The position numbers and the translations under genes are program-made. This document shows, piece by piece, positions 33,327 through 47,347 of a stretch of 64,000 nt of DNA. Every line of letters starts with the position of its first letter. The stretch's first letter is position 1. The notes beneath the pieces were generated by a model. That model saw nothing but the letters and a program-made list of their open reading frames with translations, was not told where the DNA came from and did not search any database. This stretch comes from Microthyrium microscopicum (Eukaryota): positions 1-64,000 of the forward strand of contig MU004247.1 of assembly GCA_010405405.1 (NCBI GenBank), given 5' to 3'.

Positions 33327-36035
33327 TGGCGGTGGTTGCGGTTGTTGTAGGCGTAGAAACGTGGGATATTGGTGGGTGCAAAATTCAAAGTGTGGAGATG
33401 AGAATGAGAAAAGTTGAGTATTAAAAGCAAAAGGTTACAATGTGTTGTCTACCTACTAGTGAGTGAAAGGTAGCCTCAAGCATTGAAAAGCTTAGAAGTG
33501 ATGTCGCCGCTGGGACCGGCACTCTGTCAATGGCAGGGGAGGTGACCTTTGAAACCTACCACTTTGGTCCTCACGATGGGCATTGGGCGAGGTGGGGCGA
33601 TGAGATGACATTTGACATGTTTCCTCTCCAAGCTTTTTGATTGTTTTAAAGCTGGAACCGGGTCATAGTGTGGGCTATTAAGTGTACCAGTCACGTTGGG
33701 ACAATTTGTGATAGAGCAAAGGCGATGACAGCTGAAAATAGAGCAGGTGCCGGACTTTTCGCGGCGTACTCCTGCGTTTGATTTGACCTGTAAGGCTGGG
33801 GATATTTCTGACGCCTCTTGGTGGTTCGTTGCGAACAGCGCTGGCTGAACGAATGAAGTGGTAAAGGCAACGAGTGGGCATGCGAGCTGTGCCACCACGC
33901 TCCGAGGTTCAAGACAGGGGAGGGTCAATTGTCCGAGCACATGGCTCGAAGGGAACGAGGCGCATGATACGAGAAAACCTGGGGGCATGGAGGATGCAAA
34001 CATTGAGAGCGGTGCAGGATTCAAGATGCAACGGCGAAGAGGGTCTTGAACGAGGTTGAGAGAGTTGGGTTGGGGGCAAGCAAGCAGACGAGTTGCAAGT
34101 TGCAACCATGGACTTGTGAGTAGAGCAGCATGTTGGCAACCAATGGCAAGCGGCGAGGGCCAGAGTAGTGAACGTGATTTTGGTGCTACGGGAAGAGAAA
34201 AGAGAAAAGAGAATGGATGGATGGATGACCGCGATGGGCGGATGAAGGATCAAATGAGCCAGTTGGAACCAGTAGGAACCAGTTGGAACCATTTGGGGAG
34301 AGATCCGGGCTCAAAGCCAACTGCAGGGCGTAACTTTGGTGCGAAACCGACAATTTATTATGTATCAGTAGACTGTACCTGGGTTAGAAGCAGAGAGATG
34401 AGTGGTTTACGTTTAGAAACTTGGGATGAAGTTGAACTAAGCCGCGGCCGCTAAGTACTACCTGTGGTAATTACTACATAAGATATTACCTGTGTAGTAG
34501 CTAGGGATTGATCCGATACTGTGTACTGTGTACTGTGTACTGTGTGCTGTAAAGGTACAATCAACAATCAAGATGGTCTCCATCGAATCGAAAACCTTAG
34601 ACTTGGAACCGCCAAAACTTTTCAACAACCTGCTTCCGTAGAATCAGGTACCAATATCAACATGCGTCCACATGTCGAGCCACACGAGCAATCGTCAAAG
34701 AGGGAGTTGCATCCGCGACCTTGGCTCTACCGGCAACATCAAGATCAAATGCGCCTCCCATGCCATCAATGGCTCATCGACTCCTCAGCACGGCTAGAGC
34801 CTCCGATTTTGTTGCATCCGTCAACTCAAGATGCAGCCTGCATCAGTAACCAGCAACTCGTACCTCTAAAAGCCATGCAGCTTCATTCTCTAGACCAGGC
34901 TAATCTGCCAGCTGTCAAACCCTCTCTGATTTTCATTAACAAACCGGACTCCAACAGCTTCTCATCAAAAATCAGAAGCGGTAGCGCCCATAGCAGCAGT
35001 GCATTGCTACCTGTTATATGAGACCTTGATCAACATACAGCGCATAAGTGTCTCCTTCAAGCCCAGCTGTCCAGTCAAAATATTCCTCCATCCTTCCAAA
35101 ACCTGTCAGGAACGTTCTTTTCTCATCGTTACACAAGAACCCTTGGCCGCAACATAATTCAATGCTGGCACCCTTTACTGCAGCTCATGACTCCACTTTA
35201 CACTCACCGACAATCTCAACTTGAATGACTGACTGTCATCACGAGCCTTTCGAGCCGTGGACCGCAGAAATAATAATAATTCACATCTTCATAAGACACT
35301 TCCCTTGCACACGACGCTTAAAACCGGTTGCAAATATATCCGGTTTTTGACCAGCACTACTCTAAGCCGCCAAATTGTTCAATCAACTCTTCCTCAGGCT
35401 GGTCTACCTTTTGGATTTTGCCACTGACAATTGCGATTGATTAGAAGAACCAGTCGAATAAGACTCCAGAGACCTTGTCTATTGAACTTTCATGTTCCCT
35501 CTTTCCTCTTTTCTCGAAATTATACCAGCCGATTGCTTAACAACGTCTAATATAGCTAGTGAAATTTCTACCGCGCAAGGCTTTTATCTTTCTTCGTATC
35601 AAGTTGCTTGCTAGTCTCTAGGGAAGCAAGATATGTGTGGGGTGAAAACAAGACTGGCTCAAAAGCGAACCCATGAATAAACTGAATTTGATATTCGCCT
35701 TGGGAATCACAAACAGCTAACGTTTGTATCGTAGCCGCTCTCGTTCCCAGCTCGTTCCCGAGCCTTAAGACAGCCTTACCTAATCCCCACGTATACAAAA
35801 AGTCATGGTTCTATACCAAGAATAAGAGAAATCTAATAGTTACGGTAGTTTTCTTTGAACCTACCAAATAATGCAATGAACAATCTTTTCAATTCGTTAG
35901 AAGCTCTCATTGAAAGAAAAGCATTTGCCCAGGAAACCCCACAATGCCGCTTCAAAAATAAGAACCAAAGATATTGTAAACCGAAAAAAAGTTGTTATAA
36001 AAGCCGAAAGCGCCAACGCTTGCATATATTCTTCG

Positions 36036-37179
36036 TCATACTTGAGATGTACCGGTATGCGAGACAGTGTTCTGATGTCGTCGAAGCTGGTCTATACGCG
36101 CAAAGCCCCCTCTCGCTGTACAGCCGGCTAGTTCGCATCGAAACATCTTCTCGTGCTTTTGCAGATGCGCTCTAAGACTGGTCAGTCTATTCGGCCCATT
36201 GGTGCGTTTGAAAAGGAACACAAACCTAAATGCAGAGTTGCGCTCAAACAATATTTCTTTGCCCGCTCTCACTCCGCCTTTGGTGCAGTTTAAGCCAAAT
36301 GGACAGGTATGTCTGCCCGTTCCTCTTTGGACAAGGTTTTTGAGTAGGTGGTGGACTGCGGCATCAGGTTGCGATTCGTCGACGGATGGCGATCTTAGCT
36401 CGGGCGGCATTGGTCTCGGAGGCGGCGGGGGCGGAGGGAGAGGCGGTTGCATCATGTTGTTGTGATGGAGGAGGCCGGGCGCTAGAGGACTTCGTAGAAT
36501 TGGAGGTTGCACAGCTGGTTCTAGAGTAGACGGAGGCATCATATGGATGGGCGGGAGAGTGTTGTGAAGGGGCGGCGAGGTATGGTACAGAGGAGCGAGA
36601 TCAGATGTTATGGAGCCTGTGATTGATGCGGAATCACTTTTGACAGTCATGTCGCTATCGCCGCTCAACTGCCGGCCTCGCGGAGGTGGTTTAAAGTGCG
36701 GCATACGGCTGGTTCGCCATTGGGCATTGAGGTTTGCGGTCGTGTTGAGAAGAGTTTGTGATATTGACCTGGTGGTTTGCACACTTTAGAAGACAGCTCT
36801 CTCCCACCAGGAATTAAAAAGAGAAGGAGGAAGGGTGGAGAATTTACTTCAAGGACAAGTGTTTTTCTTGCATGTATTCAAGATCTCCGAGGTCAGAAAA
36901 GTCATTTTCCTCGTTCATCTCCTTGATTTTGCTTTCGGCATATCGATGGATATCCTGTCCATGAACTACGCGCTCGGCCAAAGTGGACAGCAACGTGCTA
37001 GTCCGGGTCAAAAAGTTTCCGAGGTCTTGCAAGAGGCATTGTGTATTCTGCCATTCAGGTAGGCTAGTAGCTATGCTGACAAGTTCTTGTTCGAGAATGT
37101 CATGAAGGCAAAGATCCGTTGGCTCGTCGTGACTTCTGGCTGCGCGAAGCAAGAGGTCTAAAGACGGGTCTTTCGACAT
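36036..37179 (-). CDS. C2H2 zinc-finger protein with Pro-rich region
   Basis: C-terminal HTCPFGLNCTKGG...FERNSAF|RAHLQKHEKMFRCELAGC...FARIDQLRRHQNTVSH; two introns; start codon uncertain. Confidence 0.85.
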
Positions 37180-37979
37180 AGCATTGGGCGACAAACAGCT
37201 GACGAAAACACTGAAATCTGCAAACTTCCGGCAAGGCGTTGTTTTCTTTCTCTTGGATAGTTTGGACGATGGAAAAGAGGAAATCACGGCAAATATATCG
37301 ATAGATCTAGATTGTCAAGATTGTCAGGAAGAAAAGCACGGGAGGGCGGAGAGGAAGCAGGCGCTGGAAAGGGCGGGAGGGCCGTAATGCTGTGTAACAC
37401 TACGCCCATGTAGGTCTTGTAGGTCAATCGAAAAACAGCAAGATTTGATGGGCTATCTGAGTGCATATATAAAAAATAGGAAAGATTTTTTGCGGCATGT
37501 AGAAGTCGGCGGGAAAAGCCTTGTGATTTTTGTCATGTTCATTTTCCAGAAATCACCGAATCACTACTGGCGTGGTGCTTTTGCTCATTATTGCTGCGAA
37601 CACCATGACTTTGATCCCGCTAGGACTCTGGCTCCGGGCTCCCGACGGGCGAACCCGCACGAGCATCATGCCTGTTTGGGCAATGAATTGAACGGCATGA
37701 TGCAGTTTGCATCGAGGCATGGCACATGCTGCCAGAGCCGGACACTCGCTTGAGGTCGGCTGCAGGCAATCAATCAATCCTGGAGCATAGATGAGCAAGT
37801 AGTGGGCTAAGAACCAGGATATCCGCCATTTTCGATGGGTCATTGATAGTAAAGGGACTAGAGCCATTCGAGAAGCTTTGCAAAAGATCAAGACTCTTGA
37901 CAAGTAAGAGCCTGGAGTTAATCAGCAGGGCGTTTCTGCGAGGATGCGAATGTGCTGATTTGGGATTTGGGATTTGGGA

Positions 37980-38212
37980 TACCGCAGAGAATTTTCGAGA
38001 TGCAACATTAATTAGCCTCTTTTAGTTTAGTGCAATAGTAATTTTCACCAATTATATCGTAGCACTACTCTTTATAATTACATGTTGGTTCCATAAAAGT
38101 GATATTTACATCCATAACTAGTTCAACCCCTAAAATTACTTAGTAGTAAGCACCAATTTTGGAGTTCCAAATAGGCTTAATTAATGTTGCATCTCGAAAA
38201 TTCTCTGCGGTA
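37980..38212. mobile_element. MITE-like element, TA-flanked, AT-rich interior
   Basis: Perfect 36-bp inverted repeat 37979-38014 / 38178-38213 (TA-CCGCAGAGAATTTTCGAGATGCAACATTAATTA); sits between short GATTTGG and GGGCT repeats. Confidence 0.8.
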
Positions 38213-39999
38213 TGGGCTGGGCTGGGCTGGCAAGTTGCCTAGGAATTGGTGCGGATGACGGTCCGGTGCAGGGCGCCGAGGCCTTGCGTGTGTGCATTGT
38301 GCATTGTGCTTGGCCTCGCGCTGGACACGGTTCAAACTTCAATCATACCTATGGACATTGGACCGCGAATAATGGGCTCTTGGTTTAGGCTTGCAGAAAG
38401 GCAGTTTCTGTCTGTGCCTCAGTGTGTGAGTGCCTGCAAGTGTACATTGTACAATCTCAGAATCTGTGGAGGAGTGGAGACCGGATCTGTGAATGGCCGC
38501 CTTGCGTAACGAACGAACATTGAAGCAAATGGAAAATCGATTGTTGTTGGGCACGCATAACCCACCTGATCAATGGCATTGTCCTGAAAAGAGTTTGTTG
38601 CCTTGCTGCCCTTTCCGCCCATTCCCAACTTCCTCAATAGGAAATGATAAGATGTTGATTCGTGAAGTGAGGCTGGAGAAGCAAGCGAGCTCAAGCTTGC
38701 CTGCGTTTGCTGTTGGGTTGCTTAACGCTCATGCTGCATGTGGGCTTCTACTGCCAACAACGCAACGGTTCTCGACTAGCCTTGGGCTCAAAATTCAAAT
38801 TGCTGGGTCCAAATGGCTTACTGCTACCTTTAGGTCCAATAGCTGGCTCAGCAATAATTTATGCTGGCATTGTTCGCTTTGCTGGCTCCGGGGATTTTAT
38901 GCACCAGAATTGCTGAACACTGGGGTCACAGGGTGCGGAGGATTGACTGCGATCGGGCCTTCTTAACGCCATAAACATTACTTTTGCTTGTTATTTCCAT
39001 CATTCCATGTGAATTGATTCGAGAATCGAGTTGATGGCCGCATAATCGCATTGATCTCAATTATCAAGGCCTCTCCTCTATCGTTGTCAGTGTGATGCCA
39101 ACCATAATCAATTCCTGTTAATTCCTAGAGTACACGGTACTACCCTTTACTCCTCCAGGGATAGAGTAGAGTACTCGTAGGAAAGGAACGGGATCCTACC
39201 GCAAGCATTGAAGCAAGATTCCTATATCCTATCCAAACCATCAACATCCTGGCCCACCGCGCCGTAAACTTCCTTCAATCCTCACCCGTTCATTGTCAAT
39301 TGCCGTGGCCCGCCATCCACTAGCATCGCTTGGATACTTGACAATCAAATCAGAACTCGTCTAGCGACGCGGGGGGGCCAGCACCAGTTCCCTACTCCGT
39401 AGGCAAACCTCCTTGACCTTCAGGCTTCAGGCAAAAAAGCGGGCCAGGCCGTTGTATGTCTTAGCCGTGCTTGATTTCGTCGCTGGTTGGCCGCAATTTC
39501 TACTTTCTCTGCCTTTGATCAATCTTTCGCTCCTTGAACCTTTGCGACTACCGCTCTGCTGTCAGTATCAATACTCCCTGCTATTCAATCTCCTTGCTCG
39601 GCCTATCCTTCCAGCGAGCCTCTCGTCCGGCCCAATATCAGACCGCATACATCTATCGAGCTCACTTTCATCTGCCACTTTTTCCCCAAGCTCGAGCTCT
39701 CCGACGCCCCTGGGCTTCACACCATCGTACAAACGAGTGGCTGCATTCAAAATACCCGTCCAGAGTTCAAACCATCCCCAGACTGCCCTCCACTGCCATC
39801 TCAAACCCCTCCAGCTCGAAAGTGGGAGATACATTAAAGCTGGGCTCCCTTCCCTGCTAGCCACTTCTTAATCATATATGTAGCGCGGGAGCGGACCGTC
39901 GACCGCGAGCCCGCGCTCTTCGGTATCCGCTTTTGCCGCATCTTCTTGGTTCCTGTCTTTTAACTACACACCCAACAAGATCCTCATCCGCGCATTACC

Positions 40000-42231
40000 A
40001 TGCTCTCGATGGAATTGCCTTCGAGCAAGCGCCAGACCAGCGATGCTTACTGGAACCCTGGGTTCAGCGCGCTGGAACCAGATGCCGCACTCTTCGATCA
40101 CCGCTTCGCGCTCGAGCCCGAGGAGAACCAGTGGCAGCATGTAACATTGCACCCACCTACTGCTCCCATCATCCCATTGACTGCAAGCAATGCGCTCGCG
40201 GGGCCTTCGCAACCGCGTAGCGCCCGCAAAAGGGGTACGAAATAAACCTACTACTTCTTCGTAGATCAACTCCCGCTAACACGCTAAATTGCAAAAGCCT
40301 ATGAAGAGCACGATGAATACAACGACATTGATGCACTGCAGCCTTATGTGCAACCAGTCTCAGACGACACTGACTGGGCCGTGTACTTCCCCAACTTCCA
40401 TCCTTCTCTGCCTGCGATTGAAAACCGCCACATAGATACCTGCACTTTTATATTCAATCCCTTTTCCGAAGTCTCCACTGAGCGGCATAAACTCACCAAT
40501 TCGAACAGTGCTGAAAAGCCTCCCATCAAAGTGCTTGTTAAAGGTGCCGTCAACAGCTATCTCAAGTTCCAAGCATTTGGATTCGGCGCGTCGCGCAACC
40601 CAAGCTCCCCAACCGCCAAACTCCAGAAGATATCACACAATATGCAAGGGAGCGTAGCCCATGCGCAGACGCTCTATGTACCTGGCCTCCCGCCTGGCTT
40701 TGGCAAAAACTTCAAATTAGATGCCACGGACAACAGGCTGTTTGACTTTTGTAAGCCTGTCCCGTAAATATAAGTTGGAATTGCATAAAGACTCATTGCT
40801 TCCAGACCTTAAAGCCATGTGCTCAGGAAGAACCCTATTGCACAAGACTAATGGCTGGCAAAACGATCTCGCGCCAATGGCCGATTGTGATGAAGGTATG
40901 CATCATGCTCTGCTGGCTTTTGCTGCAGGCTATGCGCTCGACTATCAGCCCAATAATACTCTACGGAAAAGGGCAAATGAACACTATCAGAGGGCCGTTG
41001 AGATAATTTCTGAAAAGCTTCAGGATTCGAGTATCCGTGAGATAGGCAAAGAGGATACTACTGTTGGCGCATTGCGCCTCTTGTGGTGCGACGATGTAAG
41101 TTACTGGAAATCCTGCAATTTAAGCAGTCCAAACACTTACGCTTATCGTGTTAGATTGTCCAATGGGAAATGCGAAGAGATAAGAGCAGAACTCCTCGAT
41201 GGTTCGAAGCCGCCCAGGTAGCCAAAAGCATCATGGCCGTAACCGACCCTGGATACCGATACTGGCATCCAACCCGAGTGCAACAAAGCAGCGCCCGTCT
41301 ATCCAATGCCAACATGCTAGGCTTTGTAGATATAATGGCTCACTGCGTCCGCCCGCTAAATTCTCGAGAAACAGAATCCTGCCACCCATGGCTGCTAGAG
41401 GGATCAGAAAAGGAGTGTCGAAGGATCTACGGCGGAACAGGCCTCTCGCCGAAATTGCTGCACATGTTTGGTCAAATAACTCATATCTGTGCGAGGATGG
41501 TGGATGATCCACATTCGACTATTTTACCGCTCGGTGCAAAGGAACTGGAGAGGAAATTGAACAGGCTTCATCAGTGGTCGGAGATATCGGAGGGACATGC
41601 TTCTCTTGAAGCACTTTTGCAGTCTTGTCATCTTGATGACGACGGTTTTATCACGACGGCAGAAGAAGCGACGGAGCTGGGAGGGCAAGCTTGGATCCAA
41701 ACGGCGCGACTATATCAAAGATTCCGGTTCTTTAGGTAAGCAGCCTCGTTACTCTAAAGTGTATTAAACGATGATACTAATACGATGTAGGTATCCACGC
41801 AGCGATTCCAGTACTGAAGAACCGCTGAGCTTACTTCGGCGCATTCTGGAACGCCTGCCTTGTAGTGGCCCATTATTCACGTCTCAGTCTCCATTCTTCC
41901 CCGTCTTCATGATGGGTTTAGCATCCACAAAGCAAGAAGATCGAGCAGTAGCTCGCAAATGGTTCGAAACCGTTACATCGATGGCAGGAGCACGATCGGT
42001 AAAGAGCTCTTCTCTTCCTTGCCTTCTTTAAAAAAAATCAAAAGCACTAACGGCTCCCAGAATGTGCCACCAATCTGGCGAGTCCTCCAAGAGACCTGGC
42101 AATGGATGGACTCGGAACTCATAGAATATGACGAAAACATAAACGACAAACCCATCGGCGAACGACTGCCATGGTGGGAATTATTGGTTGAACGGTTCAT
42201 GTCGAGGGAAGGAATTTTGAGCATTGTATGA
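40000..42231 (+). CDS. Fungal-specific transcription factor domain protein (Fungal_trans_2-like); no Zn2Cys6 motif seen
   Basis: Multi-exon; NGWQNDLAPMA..HALLAFAAGY, GTGLSPKLLH, FFPVFMMG and NVPPIWR..PWWELLV motifs. Confidence 0.8.
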
Positions 42232-42648
42232 AAATCATTTCGGATATACCCCTACTATACTTTTTTTTGGTTTGTTTCAAAAGACACTCTTTTCACTAGG
42301 AGCTCTGTACTATACCCCCTTTCTGCGGTTCTTCAAAAACCGCCATTGCTCAAAATATACCAAGATAATCTTTTTCCACCACAGCGCCGAACCTGAACAG
42401 ATAAAATATTGCGAACTCCTGAGGTCAACCAGGTATCATGCATGAATAAGGAAACTTTTCCGAACCTGCCATGCAATGAAAAAAGCATACAGAAACAACC
42501 TGGTAAGAAAATATAGGGCCGATTTGTTGCTGATAGGAAAATGTGTTGCGGCCAGAGCGGCAGGCATAACTGAAAATACAATTGCTGCTAGTAGTGGAAG
42601 TTGGTATCGCGGACAAGAATTGCAATCGGGATCAGAAGCCAAGTGGTT

Positions 42649-43961
42649 CTACTGAAGTGTCTCAGCAGCGAGGGAAGCGCGGCACGCGAGATATTGGTCT
42701 GCTTACTGTTAGCATTGTCCCCGCATGGCATCGACGAACTATTGATTGGATACGTCTCAGTTTTCGTGGGAAGACTTACAGATTCGACCAGAAGGAGATT
42801 TCCACTGCTTGAGGTTTTTCAAGCCCGCAGCAGCAAATTGCTTTTGCATCATGGCAGGCTCATATTTGAATCCCTCGTAGCAGACGATCTTGTAGCCGCG
42901 TCTGAACGACAGACCAAGAGGCTCGCAGCGTACATCGCGTCGAGCTTGAATGACGAACCGGTGCATGAGTGGAAAGTCTTGAAATTCCCCACTGATGTCC
43001 CAGTCTTGGGGCTTGAACCATTCGTGACCAAGCACAGCATTGGAATGAACCATACCATTACGAATGAAATTGTGGAAGAGGCCCTGCTCGTCATGGTATG
43101 AGCGCCAGATGGCATCGCGATCTTGGGTTCCATCGAGTCCGAGCAGCATAAGATCCTGCGGCCTCATGATATCCGTCCAGGCTTTGAGTCTACCAACCGC
43201 CTCTTTGAAATGGTCGTTACCAAACATGGATCCCAGTGACATGTAGCACTTTGGGCTGTGGACGTTTTTCGCCCACTTGAGGCAGTCATCAAAGGTCCCC
43301 CACAGTCCAAAGCATTGGACATGGCGATAGCGCGGCCGAAGCTTACGCATGCAATCGACGAGTACAGCTTTTGACAAATCTAGCGCAAAGTACTGAACTG
43401 GTACTTGCATAGCGTCCAGGGTATCGAGAAGTGGCTGGACTTTTCTTACATCGCTACCACAGTTTCATGCATTAGTGAGACATCCCTGCTAGGGGTTCGA
43501 GATACCTTGACAACATCACCCAGGTAAGATCGAAAAGGAATTGATGACTTACCCACAACCCAAATCAATTAACGTGTAGGCCCCTTTCAGATGGCGGGCC
43601 AGGTCTTTGCTATTTTGCTCAAGCAATGCAATCTCGTCACGAGTTTGATAGTAGTCAGGCATGCGGTTGATCTCTGCCCACATCCTTAGGCCATGCTCAT
43701 CATGGAGGATGGAAGCAGGAATAGTTCGTTGTTTCGAGCCATTACTCTTGGTCAAGAGGAATTTCTTGTTCAATTCCTCTCTCATGGTGTCTTTGAGCAA
43801 ACTGCCTCCGATATCGAAGACTGAGCCACAGTACCAACTATCGTTGGCAATATGAGCATCGGGAGAAGTAGATCTACTACTATTCTGCTTTGTTTTAGCG
43901 TTCGGGTATGCACACTAGGGAAAGCACCATTTACCACAGAGCTAGTGGCATCACCCATCAT
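42649..43961 (-). CDS. SAM-dependent N-methyltransferase of the EgtD/EasF (histidine/DMAT methyltransferase) family
   Basis: LHDEHGLRMW..DYYQTRDEIALL, LIDLGCG, YFALDLS, GLWGTFDD, SLGSMFGN, LLGLD, SYHD and FKY motifs; three inferred introns; start uncertain. Confidence 0.88.
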
Positions 43962-46134
43962 GTCAGAAGTGTGGGTGGTAAGATTTCAGGCGCCAGTGAT
44001 AGGCTGCTCAATTGAGATCAGGAAGGGCCGAATGGGCAGACGCCGTTTTGGGAAGAGACTGGCTACTTTTCGACAGATAACCTAACCACCTGGCAGCTGC
44101 TAGTAGGCAAGGGATGATTCACGAAACACGTTGGATGAGAAGATGAAGAAAGTGAAGAGAGGTGTAGGGATGAAGTTGGAGATGAGTAAAGAAGAAGTGA
44201 GATGCTCTTAAACCCTCCAAGGTAAGAGCGGCTCTGCCAGCCCACAAAGCAGCCACCCACGCAGTTCCCTTCTGACATCTCGTCTTGTCAAGTTCCAGCA
44301 GTCTGGAGCAAGGTTAACGAAGGAAAGTGGCAGGCACTGGTCAGTGGTGGCAGCTTCAAGCTTCAAGCTTGTACTCGAGGCTCGTACTGGCCGTACATCC
44401 AGGAAAGAAGCAGGAGCGCACTCGTGTGTGCTTTCTGCGGCAGGACCAGAGGCAAGAGTACTGTACTCCACCGGAAGGGGGCAGACACGCGAATTTGCAA
44501 GTGTCTAGATGTCCAAGTGTCCAAATTCATGGTCAAGCGCTGCGATAGAGCTGCACCTCACAGCTCAACGGCTGTCCAGGACAAAGGAGCAGCAATGCAA
44601 GAGAAGAGCGGCGCTACCAGCCGACGGGAAGCCCCATCGGAGTGACGGAAGCACCCCAGCTGTGCGACAATGGCCTTGAAATGTCGTGGTCGTGCTCTTG
44701 ATATTGTCGAGAAACCTCTTTGCTGCTTTTCGCCGGCCTTGCAGAATGAACACAAAAGCACTCGCCGAAGCAGCTCGCCAGACTCAAGACAGGATTCGGT
44801 ACGATGATGGAAGGCTGCAGATAATTTATGGAGCACAGGCTGGGTCCACAACTGCTGGGATGGAATTGATGATTCTGAGATCTGCCAGACCCATGGAAGC
44901 TATGTCTTACACCATTTTTAACCAGCCTTGTTGATGCAAAAAGCATCTCGCCAAAGCAGCCGACATGTCGGGTTTCGGGGAGCAAGAACCGTCTCACCCA
45001 AGGCCCATGGTTGGCTGGATTCAAACAACCTAGTGTTGTACAAACACGCTTGATTGGAAATATAGCACGAGGGATTATGACGAGTCGAATAAACATTAGT
45101 TCCCGTCCGTTTGGGACTGCGGAACGCATGCACGTAACCGCTGGTCCAGTTGTTCAAAAGTGCCAGCTTGTCATGGTTAAATCCGTATCAGGAACTATAC
45201 CGGTAGCTTAAACCCCTCTTGATGCAAATCCGTTCAATGTTTTCTTCATCTTCGCAATTTTCGTATGTTAAAAGAATCGTGTCAGCGAGTATGCAAGGGA
45301 TAGGCAACTTCAAGATCTAGAGTTTCTAGAAGTTTTCTTTCTGGGAACGAGTCCTATTAAGCGGTCCGTCCCGCAAACTCTTCCGCGCGTCCATGCCAGC
45401 ACTTTGGGTCTGAAATGTGGAGTTCCCTGGTATTCCTTTTTCATTCTCTGAAATCCAACCACCACCTCGAAGACAGGGATTGACATCGCTAGTTACGACG
45501 TCCAGGCAGACTCGTGAAATTGAGCAGGTTCATGAGAATTTCAATACATATGCCGTGGCCGCCTTATATCACCACTAGAAGCGAAGATTTTGTTCACTGA
45601 AAGCATTGACTCTTCTTCTTTTGCCGAAATGAGAATTAACGGTGAAGCATTGTTGGGAATACTCTGAAATCTCAACAGTCCCCTATCGATGTTCGAATTC
45701 GATGCTGCCTATGAGTTTGTTCAAGGATATATATGATCTGTGGCTTGTTTGATACAATGCAAGTAAATCCAGGCGTTCCATAGGCTGGCAAGGCTGGTAA
45801 TGTTGGGAAAACCTCTGTTTATGGTTGGAAGCAAGCACTAGGGAATGTGTATCATTAATCAATCGAGATTTGGAAATATTGTCATTATGTGCGTCCCTCC
45901 ATGCATCTCTGACTCCTAACACTCTCATTTTGATACATATTACAATTATAAAAATTCCCAGACGCCGTGTATCCTTCCAATGCAAGTGCGACAACATAGA
46001 GTACACAAATGGCACAGCATGCGATGAGCCGCCACCACGATTCTTGAAGCAAAAAAGCCGATTGACTGACCAAACCACGGCCCCTCCAATCGACAAAGGG
46101 TGTTGGCGGACTGCCTGAGCAGGTAAGATGTTGG

Positions 46135-47347
46135 CTAATGATAAGCGCGGTAAGAGCCAGCGATCATAGGAGCTGCCATAGCATTGCGTCGGAAATGTGC
46201 TCGGGGAAGAGTTGATGTGCAGTCTACCATAGAAGCCTTATTTCCTCCTAAAAGCTGCATCCTAGAGAGAGCAGAGGCAAAGTTCGCGTCCCATCCTGGC
46301 TTGTTGCTAGCGAATTGCTTGAAGACTGGCCCGGCTTGTGCTGCGTTGACCAGGTTTGTGTCTGCTTGGAACGTAAAGGGCGCTTTGCCTGCCACTGTCT
46401 GGCTATAATATGTCACATCCCAGGTTCCTGGGGTAGTATCTTGTGCTTCTCCAGCTTTGGCTGGGTCAACGGTAAACTGCTTAGATGCTGTGTGCGCGCC
46501 AATGAGAGCCACAAGATCAGAGACAGAGAAACCCTTCTTCTGGAATGCGCCAATGGATTCTTCGGCAGAGACATTGGGCTGAGGAAGCTCATTGGGAGGT
46601 GCGGCTGAAGTAGCATCTTTTCGACCAATGAATGTTGGCGTTGTTGGGCCACCTGGGCAAGTGGCGACAGCGTGAGCTACAATTCTTAGCCTCCTCTAGT
46701 TAATGAAAGAGCACGGAAGACTTACAAGAAGCATATACAATCATATCCGCGACGGTAACGTTTCTTTGCTTTGCCAGAGCGGAGAGTTTGTTGATAGTCG
46801 GTGCCATGATTGAGTTTTCTTGCCTGTTCAACTCATCAGGAAGGGCGATAGAGCCATCACAACCGCCGTCGGGAAAGCAATCGTGGAAAATCGCTCGAAT
46901 GCTAGCACGAGCATCGTCATTGCATTGGCCACCAGACAAGAACATTGCAGTAAGGTCCTTGGAGATTGTGGTCCATACAGCTGGACATCCGCCCGCCGGC
47001 GCCCCCGATGGAGGACCAGTTGGTGGAGGACTTCCATTGCCTGGCGGTGATACGCTCTTGGGGGGAGTTGCAGGATTGCTGGGGAAAGGCCATCCCATAG
47101 TTGGATTAGGTCGTGGAGTGCCGGTGGGTTTAGCTGGCGCAGGGAAACTGAAAGTTGGCCAACCGGCTGGGGTTTTGGCTGGTGGTGGTGGTGCTGCTGG
47201 CGATATAGCCTTCGACGGAGCAACTGGGGCGTTTGGAGAGGTATTAGTGTTCTTGGGTGGTGATGGCCACCACCAACTATCAGCTGAAGCCTGAGCCTGA
47301 GCTGAAGTAGCCAAAGCGGCAATAGTGAAGGGTGTAACGAAATGCAT
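46135..47347 (-). CDS. Secreted class II-like heme peroxidase with Pro-rich N-terminal linker
   Basis: Signal peptide; CNDDARASIRAIFHDC (distal R/H), GCDGS, ALIGAHT (proximal H), DTTPGTWDV; one intron. Confidence 0.9.

Noticed and set aside
34560..35450. Faint TPR-like fragments on the minus strand
   Set aside because: Many stops and too weak to call without a search
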